Below, one piece after another: positions 53,990 to 64,000 of a DNA stretch of 64,000 nucleotides (position 1 is the first letter of the stretch; each line of letters starts with the position of its first letter). The notes under the pieces are model-generated. The model was not told where the DNA came from. It worked only from the letters and a program-made list of their open reading frames with translations, and ran no database searches. The DNA comes from Octopus bimaculoides (Eukaryota), in NCBI RefSeq assembly GCF_001194135.2, contig NC_068998.1, positions 7,387,155-7,451,154 of the forward strand, in the 5' to 3' direction. The position numbers and the translations under genes were made by a program.

Positions 53990-54412
53990 CTTTTATTCGT
54001 TTCAGTCATTTGACTGCGGCCATGCTGGAGCACCACCTTTAGTTGAGCAAATCGACCCCAGGATTTACTATTTGGTTCATACTGTCAAGCTTTTCACTAT
54101 CCCCTCGGTCTAGTCCTGCTGGCTCGAACTGGGAAGGGAAGCTAGCGGCATCTAGGCCATGCTTTATGATTTCATTAAGGATGACAGGCCATGGAAGGTG
54201 GCTACCAATGTAATGGTAAAAAAAATTATGCATTGAAAGGGAAAATTTTGTCTCTATTCAACAATGTCCTTGCGAAGGTTTAGCAAAAGAGACCGATAGA
54301 ATAAGTATTAGGCATCCAAAGAATAAGTCCTGGGGTCGATTTGCTCGACTAAAGGCGGTGATCCAGCATGGCCGCAGTCAAATGACTGAAACAAGTAAAA
54401 GAGTAAAAGAGA
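53990..54412. repeat. Inverted pair of family A SINE tails
   Basis: About 53999-54062 (-) is complementary to about 54325-54395 (+); the two are separated by about 250 bp. Confidence 0.85.
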
Positions 54413-55219
54413 GTATACACTACACTTTTCTTTCAAAAATATCTTCAAATCCTTATCTTTTTTACCAAAGAAACACATTTAACCAAAGAATGCCTAAATT
54501 TTTCAAAAGGAAAGGAAAATGAAAAAAAAAAACGTTAACAAATTTTTACAAATATTTATCTTCCCTTCTTCAATTTTCAATTTGTGATCATTGACCAAGA
54601 ATGCCATACATCTATTACTACACTGTCCAATGTGTCCTTCCCACTTTTAGATGAAAAGCAGTGACTGTAAGGAGTGGAGAAAATTATTACTGCTATTACT
54701 AGCACTCACACAGAGACACCTCCGTTGGTTTCTTCACCACAAGCCAAGAAAATTCAATAAAATGTATCTGTGAAGATTCGATATACAAATCAAGCAGATA
54801 AGAGTCTACGGCTGTGGGCAGTTTTTGAATTGCAAGTGGTATAATTAGCTTAAATAATTATCTATAAACAATTTTCTGTGATATTAATTACAGCCAGTTT
54901 GATAGTTGATCTACTTTCTTAATAAAAAAATTGTCCTCTGTGTGTGTGTACGTATGTGTGCGTGTGTGTGCGCATGTGTGCTTTAGTCAAAGACTTTGAA
55001 GAATTCATTGGCAAATGAATTTGGTGTGAATTTTAAAATAATTAAATTATAATACAATTCAATTTAATTAGCAAAACAATTTTCTTTTTCTTTAACAAAA
55101 CTTATATGTTTCGTAAAACAACACGAAAGAAGTTAGAGAGTAAATGAATAATATAGAAATGTATACGTATGGAAATTGAAACAGTTACACTGTGGACGAC
55201 ACACGATAGCTATTTAAAA

Positions 55220-55495
55220 AACAAGAGTACTCAGAGAGCACAAACCTCCGCCAAGGCAACACCAACGTCCTCAATTATTTATTACCCACAAGGGACTAAA
55301 AATAGAGGATTCTGGATTATTTTTCCGTTTTTTACTTAATTTTTGAGAGCGTTCAGGTTCGTTTTTAGTAGTCTCGTTTGTGAGAGCAGTCGAGTTAATT
55401 CGGATATTCTCATTTAAAAAATCATCTCTGACTAATCGTTGAGAGGATGTTGGTTTTGCTTTGCTGGAGGTTTGCGCTCTCTGAGTGCTGTTGTT
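55220..55495. mobile_element. Element or inverted pair with about 53-bp inverted arms (AACAAGAG... type)
   Basis: 55220-55272 aacaagagtactcagagagcacaaacctccgccaaggcaacaccaacgtcctc versus reverse-complemented 55443-55495 aacaacagcactcagagagcgcaaacctccagcaaagcaaaaccaacatcctc. Confidence 0.75.
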
Positions 55496-56215
55496 AGTTT
55501 TTGTATTCCTGTATTTTATTCAATGGAAATTATAATTCTGAAAGAATTACATTTCTTTAAACTCTCCTCGCTCGACTTTCAGAATTGCTGGAAAAGGCAA
55601 AAAATTGAGTTGGTTGTTTCCTTGGTGATATTTTTAACATTTTCCCTCACACTGTAGTCTGAAGTCTGAGCACTTTTCCAGTAATTTTTTCTCTTAGAAT
55701 TTTAACTTTAAAAATTTTTTTGCCCCCAATTCAGTACCCTTTCCTTTTCTCACAAAACACAGATTGCAATTCCGCAACTCCACCAAAATAAGAAAGAGAC
55801 ACATATACACATAGATACATATGCACGTACGTTTGCGTATACATATTGATCTTTTGTACAAAATATGAACAATTAACCATTTTTGTTTAACTTCTGGACA
55901 GTATTGAATTCAATAAGCTATCAATGTGATGTGGTCATTGTGCCAGAGATCAAGTCATATAATACACAAGATCTTTGTTTATATATGCTTGTCTCTTAAA
56001 TATCTGTCACGATTATTCCATGATGTAGACAGTAAATACAACCACCATAAACCGTTTTAGCACTGGGAAAAATGAAAATTATTTTTTGCAAACACTATAA
56101 GAGAAAGATATTAAAAATTGTCATAGAAATATCCAAACAATGGAATGTCTGGAGGAAAATATCATAAATTAGTAAATACAGCTACTGTGAGGATTCCACC
56201 CTTGGGAAGACAACA

Positions 56216-56255
<40 letters not shown>

Positions 56256-56419
56256 AAAGAATAGAACTTACGATAAAAACTTTTTTACAGAAATATTCAA
56301 AAGACTGTCTGAACAAAGATTATCACAAAATAGTAAAGTAGTGGAACTGCGTGTGTGTGTGTGTGTGTGTTTGTGTGTGTGCTTGATACTAAGAAATGGA
56401 TAAAGACTTAACATTTTGA

Positions 56420-56625
56420 AGATATTAGCATGCCTGTCGGTAAGGGGGTGCACTGGACGGCACTGCAACCTCACTATTCAATGGTGTACTTGATATGTTA
56501 AAAAAGTTACCCTCCCAGGCACAAGTCCGGGCAAGGTTGTTTATGGAAGACCAGCAGTCGCCCATCCATACCGGCCCCCCTCTCCACACCATTAGTGTTA
56601 TCCAAGGGATAGGCAAATAGTCACG
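56420..56625 (-). mobile_element. GC-rich repeat fragment, probably a SINE 3' part
   Basis: cccaggcacaagtccgggcaaggttgtttatggaagaccagcagtcgcccat; recalled as an abundant octopus repeat, family assignment tentative. Confidence 0.5.
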
Positions 56626-56644
56626 TGTGTGTGCGTGCGTGTTT

Positions 56645-57035
56645 CATCTTTTACTTGCTTCAGTCATTTGACTACGGCCATGCTATAGCAACAGCCTTGA
56701 AGGGTTTTAGTCAAGCAATTCAATACTAGGAGACTTTTAAGCCTCATACGTATTCTATTGGTCGCTTTTACCGAACAGCTACATTACAAGGATGTAAATA
56801 CACCAATACCGGTTCTAAGCAGTGGGGTGGGGGTAAAACACAGAGTCAATGACACACCCACACATATATATACACAATGGGCTTCTTTCAGTTTCTGTCT
56901 ATCAAATACACTCACATGGCTTTGGTGGTCTCATGGCTATAGTAGAGTACACTTACTTGCCCAAGATGCCATGCAGTGGGATTGAATCCTGCAACAATGA
57001 AGTTGGGAAACAAGCTTCTTACCACAAAGCCACGC
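56645..57035 (-). mobile_element. SINE family A, older full-length copy
   Basis: cttttacttgcttcagtcatttgactacggccatgc...cttaccacaaagccacgc. Confidence 0.85.
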
Positions 57036-57611
57036 TTGCGATTTTCATATAAACAGCCTTCATGGTTATTCTACGATATACATAGGCATAATTTATTCAA
57101 TAAATATATCTAACATAAGGCTTTTTAGCTTTAAGAAAATATCTTTTTTGTTTTTGTTTTTTTTTTTCGCTTTCTGTACACATTCGAAGAGAGATATATA
57201 AAAATTATCATAGAAATACCTAAACAATAAGATGTCTGGATGAAAAAAGAATTATAGCCATAAATAAGTAAATACAGAAACTGTAAGGATTCCCTTCTAA
57301 TAAGATAACGTTATATATGTATGTATATANNNNNNNNNNNNNNNNNNNNNNNNNNNNNNNNNNNNNNNNNNNNNNNNNNNNNNNNNNNNNNNNNNNNNNN
57401 NNNNNNNNNNNNNNNNNNNNNNNNNNNNNNNNNNNNNNNNNNNNNNNNNNNNNNNNNNNNNNNNNNNNNNNNNNNNNNNNNNNNNNNNNNNNNNNNNNNN
57501 NNNNNNNNNNNNNNNNNNNNNNNNNNNNNNNNNNNNNNNNNNNNNNNNNNNNNNNNNNNNNNNNNNNNNNNNNNNNNNNNNNNNNNNNNNNNNNNNNNTA
57601 TATACACAAAC

Positions 57612-57647
<36 letters not shown>

Positions 57648-58574
57648 AAGAATAGGACTGAAGATATATATTTTTTGTCTTATTTGGAAATGTTTAAAGA
57701 AAAGAATCTCTGAAAAAATGCCGCTTATGTCCATGATTCTGCTAGCTTACTGCCTTACCTGCATAAGTAATAATAACTCTAATATTGGTTTCAAATTTTG
57801 GCACAAGGCCAGCAATGTCGGAGGAAGGCGTAAGTCAATTACATTTTCCCCAGTGTTCAACTGGTCCTCATTTTAATGACCTTGAATGGATGAAAGCCAA
57901 AACTGACCCCAACAGAATTTGAATACCAACAAAATTCCACTAAACATTTTGCTCAGTGTGTTAATTATTCTGCCAGCTCACCACTTTACCTGTATAAGTA
58001 TTAATAGCCTTAATATTCTTTGTGTAATTACACAACCACGCCTTCATAGTAATAACCATTTAAATATTCTTTGTATATTAACTACAATGAAATGCTTTAC
58101 AGTAGAAAGCATCCATTAAAAAGCAAGGAAAAAAAAGAACAAAGACAATATGAGATTGAATGAAAAGAAGGAAGTATGTTTATAAATTTATCTAATGAGA
58201 ATTGATAGATGTAGTTAACATGGTTGATTAAACAAATTAACAAGTAGAAATGAATTAAATTGAGTTAGTTTGAGAGTGGTGTTAGGAACGTGCAGGCCTG
58301 TAATTACCAGTTTATTTATTTGAAAATAATTTGTTTAGTATATCAAAGCAATCGTCTTTGATCAAAATAATAACTGGTAGTTGAGTTAAAAACAAAAAAG
58401 AGTTTCTTTTAATTTGAAGAGTTGGGATCAATGATTAAGTTGAGAATTTATATTCTGATAAGTGGTTTAGCCAAGGGCTGATACTGTTTTATATAACCCA
58501 GCCTGATACACTGTCCACACATACGAGCAGAAGAAGGAAAAGAAATTTTCCGGGTTCCAAAAAAAAAAAAAAAT

Positions 58575-58784
58575 GGTTATACAGTTCTATATTTAAGAGA
58601 TGAGGAATTCTGTACATTATTTACATTCGACGGATATTTGTCCTCATCTTGTTTGTTGTTAACACAACGTTTCTGCTGATATATCCTCCAGCCTTCATCA
58701 GGTGTCTTGGAGAAATTTCGAACCTGGGTTCTCGTTCCTAATGTATTTTTCGATGCTATTATTATTATTATTATTATTATTATT
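58575..58784 (-). mobile_element. Penelope-type terminal-repeat (pLTR-like) copy, left
   Basis: Carries a ctgatga...gaaacgtt hammerhead-type motif; 95% identical to the reverse complement of 59189-59334; abuts (ATT)n. Confidence 0.7.
58661..58706 (-). ncRNA. Minimal type I hammerhead ribozyme motif
   Basis: Minus strand reads gacac CUGAUGA a ggcug-gaggauauau-cagca GAAA CG UU guguu. Stem I is gacac/guguu, stem II is gcug/cagc, and AACGUU is palindromic. Confidence 0.7.
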
Positions 58785-59141
58785 NNNNNNNNNNNNNNNN
58801 NNNNNNNNNNNNNNNNNNNNNNNNNNNNNNNNNNNNNNNNNNNNNNNNNNNNNNNNNNNNNNNNNNNNNNNNNNNNNNNNNNNNNNNNNNNNNNNNNNNN
58901 NNNNNNNNNNNNNNNNNNNNNNNNNNNNNNNNNNNNNNNNNNNNNNNNNNNNNNNNNNNNNNNNNNNNNNNNNNNNNNNNNNNNNNNNNNNNNNNNNNNN
59001 NNNNNNNNNNNNNNNNNNNNNNNNNNNNNNNNNNNNNNNNNNNNNNNNNNNNNNNNNNNNNNNNNNNNNNNNNNNNNNNNNNNNNNNNNNNNNNNNNNNN
59101 NNNNNNNNNNNNNNNNNNNNNNNNNNNNCAACAGCAACAAC

Positions 59142-59149
<8 letters not shown>

Positions 59150-59190
<41 letters not shown>

Positions 59191-59340
59191 GCATCGAAAA
59201 ATACGTTAGGAATGAGAACCCAGGTTCGAAATTTCCCCAAGACACCTGAAGAAGGCTGGAGGGTATATCAGCAGAAACGTTGTGTTAACAACAAAGAAGA
59301 TGAGGACAAATATCCGTCGAATGTAAACAATGTAAATAAT
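59150..59340 (+). mobile_element. Penelope-type terminal-repeat (pLTR-like) copy, right
   Basis: Inverted partner of 58613-58758, preceded by (AAT)n. Confidence 0.7.
59241..59286 (+). ncRNA. Minimal type I hammerhead ribozyme motif
   Basis: gacac CUGAAGA a ggcug-gaggguauau-cagca GAAA CG UU guguu. Predicted cleavage after 59281. Confidence 0.7.
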
Positions 59341-60546
59341 GATGGTAATGATGATGTTGATGATGATGAAGATGATGATGATGATGATGATGATGGTGAT
59401 GAAGATGATGACGACGACGATGCCCGAAAGAAGTATGGAGTCTGTTGTGCCCATCTTCCACTACGGCACTCAGTCTTCTTGTACTCAGAACTCACAACCT
59501 CAAGATCACGTGCTCAGACACCATAACCAACAGGCTACATGCCTTCTTTTACTAACTTAATAACAGCAAGTGTAAATAAGCTGGAAAACTCAGAAGCAGT
59601 GACGCATTATCGAATTATTTAGATGCTTTACTTTTTTTCCTTTGCTTTTTTCTTTTTTTTTTTTTTTTTTTTTTTNNNNNNNNNNTTTTTTTTTTTTTTT
59701 TCTTTTTTGATAATCGTAACTCTTTAATCTGACGAAGACGTAATTCTCTATCGATTGTCTTGGTCAAGTGGAAGACCTCTTTACTTTTAACACAAGCTAA
59801 AGAGACGATCAAGTGGTCTGTCTAGAGTTAAAGAACAGGGTGAGAGGGAGAGAGAGAGAGAGATCGCAAATGTGAGAAGGACAGGAAGGGAGGAAGGGAG
59901 AGGTATGTAGAGGAGATGGGAATTAGTGGAAAGCAATATTGCTAACACCTTTGTAATATAAATAGTCTTTCGCTTTGAAACCAATAATCGGTATTGGTAG
60001 CACTACGCTGCTCAATAGACAGAATCTCATGTAACAGAGCATGATAAATGGATTGATTATACCATGGTTATCAAAGAAAACCATCACCCTGGCAAAATTC
60101 TACAGAGCGAGGCATGTTAAAATGTGTAATAGTTATGTAGTTAACTAGTAGAAATAGTAGAAATCTATAAAGAAGTCGGAAAAGAGATACAGAGGATAGA
60201 TAGCATATAAAGGCATGTTTAGGAAAATATGAGTGTCTGTGTGTGTGCATTTATATATATATATATATNNNNNNNNNNNNNNNNNNNNNNNNNNNNNNNN
60301 NNNNNNNNNNNNNNNNNNNNNNNNNNNNNNNNNNNNNNNNNNNNNNNNNNNNNNNNNNNNNNNNNNNNNNNNNNNNNNNNNNNNNNNNNNNNNNNNNNNN
60401 NNNNNNNNNNNNNNNNNNNNNNNNNNNNNNNNNNNNNNNNNNNNNNNNNNNNNNNNNNNNNNNNNNNNNNNNNNNNNNNNNNNNNNNNNNNNNNNNNNNN
60501 NNNNNNNNNNNNNNNNNNNNNNNNNNNNNNNATATATTCTTTTCGT

Positions 60547-60800
60547 GGAGGCGCAATGGCTCAGTAGTTAGGGCAGCGGACTCGCAGTCATAGGATCGCG
60601 GTTTCGATTCCCAGACTGGGCGTTGTGAGTGGTTATTGAGCAAAAACACCTAAAAGCCCCATGAGGTTCCTGCAGGGGATGGTGACGAACTCTGCTGTAC
60701 TCTTACACCACAACTTTCTCTCACTCTTACTTTCACGAGCAGGCTGTTCCGTTAATCGGTTCAGCTGGAACCCTCGACGTCGCAAGCGACGGAGTGTGAA
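60547..60800 (+). mobile_element. SINE family D with internal deletion
   Basis: Matches 11074-11463 but jumps from ctctcactctt to tttcacgagcagg. Confidence 0.88.
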
Positions 60801-60821
60801 CGATAAAAATATCCTTTCATT

Positions 60822-61215
60822 CTTTTATCCTTTTACATGTTTCTGTCATTTACCTGTGACCATGCTGGAGTACCACTTTGAAGCGTCTTAGTTGAACAAA
60901 CCGACTCCAAGAAATTTTTTGAACCTAGTACTAATTCTATTGGTTTCTCTGCGACTCTGCTAAGTTATGGAGACATAAACACACCAACACCAGTTGCCAC
61001 GTGACGATGGTGGCACAAATGCAGACACAAAAATACATACACACTCACCCCCTACATATATATATGACAGGCTTCTTTCAGTTTCCATCTGCCAAATCCA
61101 CTCACAAGGCTTTTGTTGGTCTGAAGCTATAGTAGAAGAGACTCACCCAAGGTTCCACGCTGTGGGACTGAACCTGGAACCATGGGATTATGGAGCAAGC
61201 TTCTTGCCACACAGC
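60822..61215 (-). mobile_element. SINE family A, older full-length copy
   Basis: Tail, spacer, core and head in reverse orientation. Confidence 0.85.
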
Positions 61216-61329
61216 CATGTCTATGTCTCTTATACATGAATGTACGCAGAGAAAAAAAATCTCCATAGTGTTTGAACTACTTTCAGACTTTGTTGGTCAT
61301 GATATAACTTTTCACTTCCATTACTGTCA

Positions 61330-61550
61330 GCAACACCACCACCATCACCACCACAATAATAATGATGATGATGATGATGCTAATAATAATAATAATAATA
61401 ATGATGATGATGATGGTGATGATGATGATGATGATGATGATGATAATGATAATAATAAGAAGAAGAAGGAGAAGGAGGAGGAGGAGGAGGAGGGGGAGGA
61501 AAAGAAGAAGAAGAAGAAGAAGAAGAAGAAGAAGAAGAAGAAGAAGAAGA
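61330..61550 (+). repeat. Compound trinucleotide array (CAC)(AAT)(GAT)(GAG)(AAG)
   Basis: Direct observation. Confidence 0.97.
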
Positions 61551-61859
61551 TTTATGTAAACGTATGTGTATGCTGCATGATGAGGTGCACAAGTGCTTAG
61601 TGGTAGTTAGATGTTTTCTGTAAAAATTTGCTGAATTTTGATATGGTTTAAAAAATATAAATAAAAATAATTTTTTTTATTTAAAAACCTGAACGAAACT
61701 AGGAGGGGGTGGAATTATATTTGCAGAACAGTGGATAAGGAAGCATGAAATATTTCCTTGGGTACAGCAAAAAAAAAAAAAATTAAAAATAAAACGAAAG
61801 AAATTATAAAATACACACATTTTTCTGTTTTATTTCACTTTTGCGTGCATGTGTGTATG

Positions 61860-61927
<68 letters not shown>

Positions 61928-62229
61928 TGTTGTGTGACTTCCTCCATCCTCACTCGCTCTGCATTCCATGCACTCAAGAAAATTCACAATCTCTTTTATT
62001 TTCTAGCTTTCTCACTTTTTATCTTAAAAATAAAAAGAAACCAAACTTTTTTTTTCTAAGCAAGTAAGTCAGCTATAGAATATTTGAAATTCTTTAGCAT
62101 GCTGCGTTAAGTGTGTGTATATGTGTATTTGTAAATGTCTGTGTGAGTGTTTGCGAGTATGTGTGAGTATGCGTGTTTGCATGCACTTGCTAGTGTGCGT
62201 GCCTTCTCTATGCATGGTGTTCATGTCTT

Positions 62230-62346
62230 CCTCATCATCATCATCGCCGTCGTTTAACGTCTGCTTTCCATGCTGGCTTGGGTTGGACGGTTTAACTGAG
62301 AACTGGCAAGCCAGGAGGCTGCACCAGGCTCCAATCTGATCCGGCA
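62230..62346 (-). mobile_element. SINE-like family C 3' end
   Basis: catcatcgccgtcgtttaacgtctgctttccatgctggcttgggttggacgg...ggctccaatctgatccggca. Confidence 0.85.
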
Positions 62347-62664
62347 ATGAACAAATGATAATAGAATGAAACAATTTGTAGACTGTATATTGGTTTTGTA
62401 CCAACCTGGATTATGAATTAAATTTTGTCTACTCCTACACTTTTCTTTTCCTTATACTTCATATATATATATACATATAGTTGGAATTTACAAAAAACAA
62501 AAGACAAAGACAGGTGTGTAAACAACAAGCAGATGTATTAGTTTAACGCCCGGGAAGGTGAGAAAGTATTTTATGTTTCGAGCCTACGCTCTTCAACAAA
62601 GAGGAACACGAGAAAAACAGAGAGAATAAAAAAAAAAGCTTTAGTGGCTAGTGGTCAATCATGG

Positions 62665-62822
62665 TGATATATGACGAGCTTCTTTCAGTTTCTGTCTACC
62701 AAATCCACTCTCAAGGCTTTGGTCAGCCCAAGGACACTAGTCCAAGGTGTAGAGGACACTAGTCCAAGGTGCCATGCACTGAGACTGAGCCTGGAACCAT
62801 CACAGCCACTCCTGTGCCTATG
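62665..62822 (-). mobile_element. SINE family A 5' part with a 22-bp internal duplication
   Basis: cttctttcagtttctgtctaccaaatccactc...; ggacactagtccaaggtg occurs twice. Confidence 0.8.
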
Positions 62823-62989
62823 CTGTATTTCGTTATTTAAATTCTTCTCTTGAGGAAAGAGCTAGTTTCTAAGAAACGTACAAAGCTCAATCGTTAACAA
62901 AAACAATTTCACATTTTTATCTTGAGAAATACTTTGGATATTTTTACTGTTCCACTTACAGATTGTATTTGTAATGTAAGAGTTGATTG

Positions 62990-63150
62990 ATTTCCTTTTC
63001 TTAAAATCCTAGCGTATCCAGTTTGTCACTCAGGCATTTACCCCAAATGCCACATGCACCAGATATTATTGGTAAAAATGTGAATCGATAATCCGGATAC
63101 AGAAGCTGCTGATCTCAAAGCAGTTGTCCATAGTTATTGTCTTTCTCTTG
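62990..63150 (-). mobile_element. RLE-type non-LTR 3' ORF fragment
   Basis: Minus frame KDNNYGQLL*DQQLLYPDYRFTFLPIISGACGIWGKCLSDKLDTLGF is homologous to the YPDYKF region near 40470-40490. Confidence 0.65.
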
Positions 63151-63639
63151 AATGTATATATGTATATATATATATGTATGTGTGTGTGTGTGTCTGTCTG
63201 TGTGTATAACTGTGTGTGCATGTATATGCATATCTTTATGTATGTGCATGTGTTGTTAAGCTCCAAAATGTCAATGATTAAGAATATACAGCTAAGACAT
63301 TCAAACTACGACTATCCTGTCTTGTATTCTAAACTGTGTATTCAAGACAATACAATGCTATTCATTATAAATTTTCATCTTCATAAGGACAAACATAATA
63401 TATAATTAATACATGTACATATTTTCTGAAGCTTCACTTAATTAATCTTACTTATAAAATATATATGCTAACAAAATCAAAAATGTTATTTTATATACTA
63501 CAAATGAATGTTAATATAACTTCAGTGAAAAAAAATTATTAACAATACTAAACTGAAGCTGGTTATTGAAAACATTCATAATTGGTTAACGATCTTTTTC
63601 AACTGTGATGTGAACAATGCCGTCTGTTATTTCCTAGCA

Positions 63640-64000
63640 TAAATTGTATGTATGTATGCATGTATATATGTGTATATGTATGTACGTATATATGTATATA
63701 TGTATGTATTTATGTGTGTATTTATGTATGGATATGTGCATGCATATATATACGTGTGTCTATATATGTGTTTATGATGTATGTGGATGTGTATGTGCAT
63801 GTAAGTAATGCACATATGTTCAAGTACTTCATATGTGTGTGAGTATACACGCACACGACACACACATATATGAATATACATACATATATATATGTATATA
63901 TATAAGTGGATGTATTCAAAAGAAATTAATAATATAATGTTTATATATATGCATATATATATAGATATAGGCATGTATATATGTATATATATATATATAT
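63640..64000 (+). repeat. Degenerate (TG/TA)n microsatellite field
   Basis: Direct observation. Confidence 0.95.

Noticed and set aside
59420-59565. GC-rich ORFs after the right pLTR (MPERSMESVV..., ARKKYGVCC...)
   Set aside because: The reverse complement of the 3' part matches a decayed family E SINE head, and the ORFs start in (GAT)n.
59728-59775. CUGACGA followed by an agac/gtct stem as a third hammerhead
   Set aside because: No GAAA after the stem, so the catalytic core is incomplete.

Overview
AT-rich, microsatellite-dense eukaryotic DNA with 11 N-gaps. The SINE repertoire and the (AT)n/(CA)n/(AAT)n/(GATA)n density point to an octopod cephalopod (Octopus-type) genome; this is inference from recalled repeat families, not a database hit. 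Nearly all ORF-track entries are microsatellite or N-gap artefacts. Supported content: (1) at least five SINE-like families in many copies on both strands; (2) several MITEs; (3) fossils of a Penelope-like RT, RLE-type non-LTR elements and a mariner transposase; (4) a 95%-identical inverted pair of Penelope-type terminal repeats, each carrying a minimal type I hammerhead ribozyme motif, around a gap at about 59 kb; (5) scattered short plus-strand segments with canonical AG/GT ends and usually one open frame, probably exons of one long-intron gene whose product I cannot recognise; (6) a phase-compatible exon pair on the minus strand. No CRISPR, rRNA or true tRNA genes were found. Exon calls are by eye and need RNA-seq.
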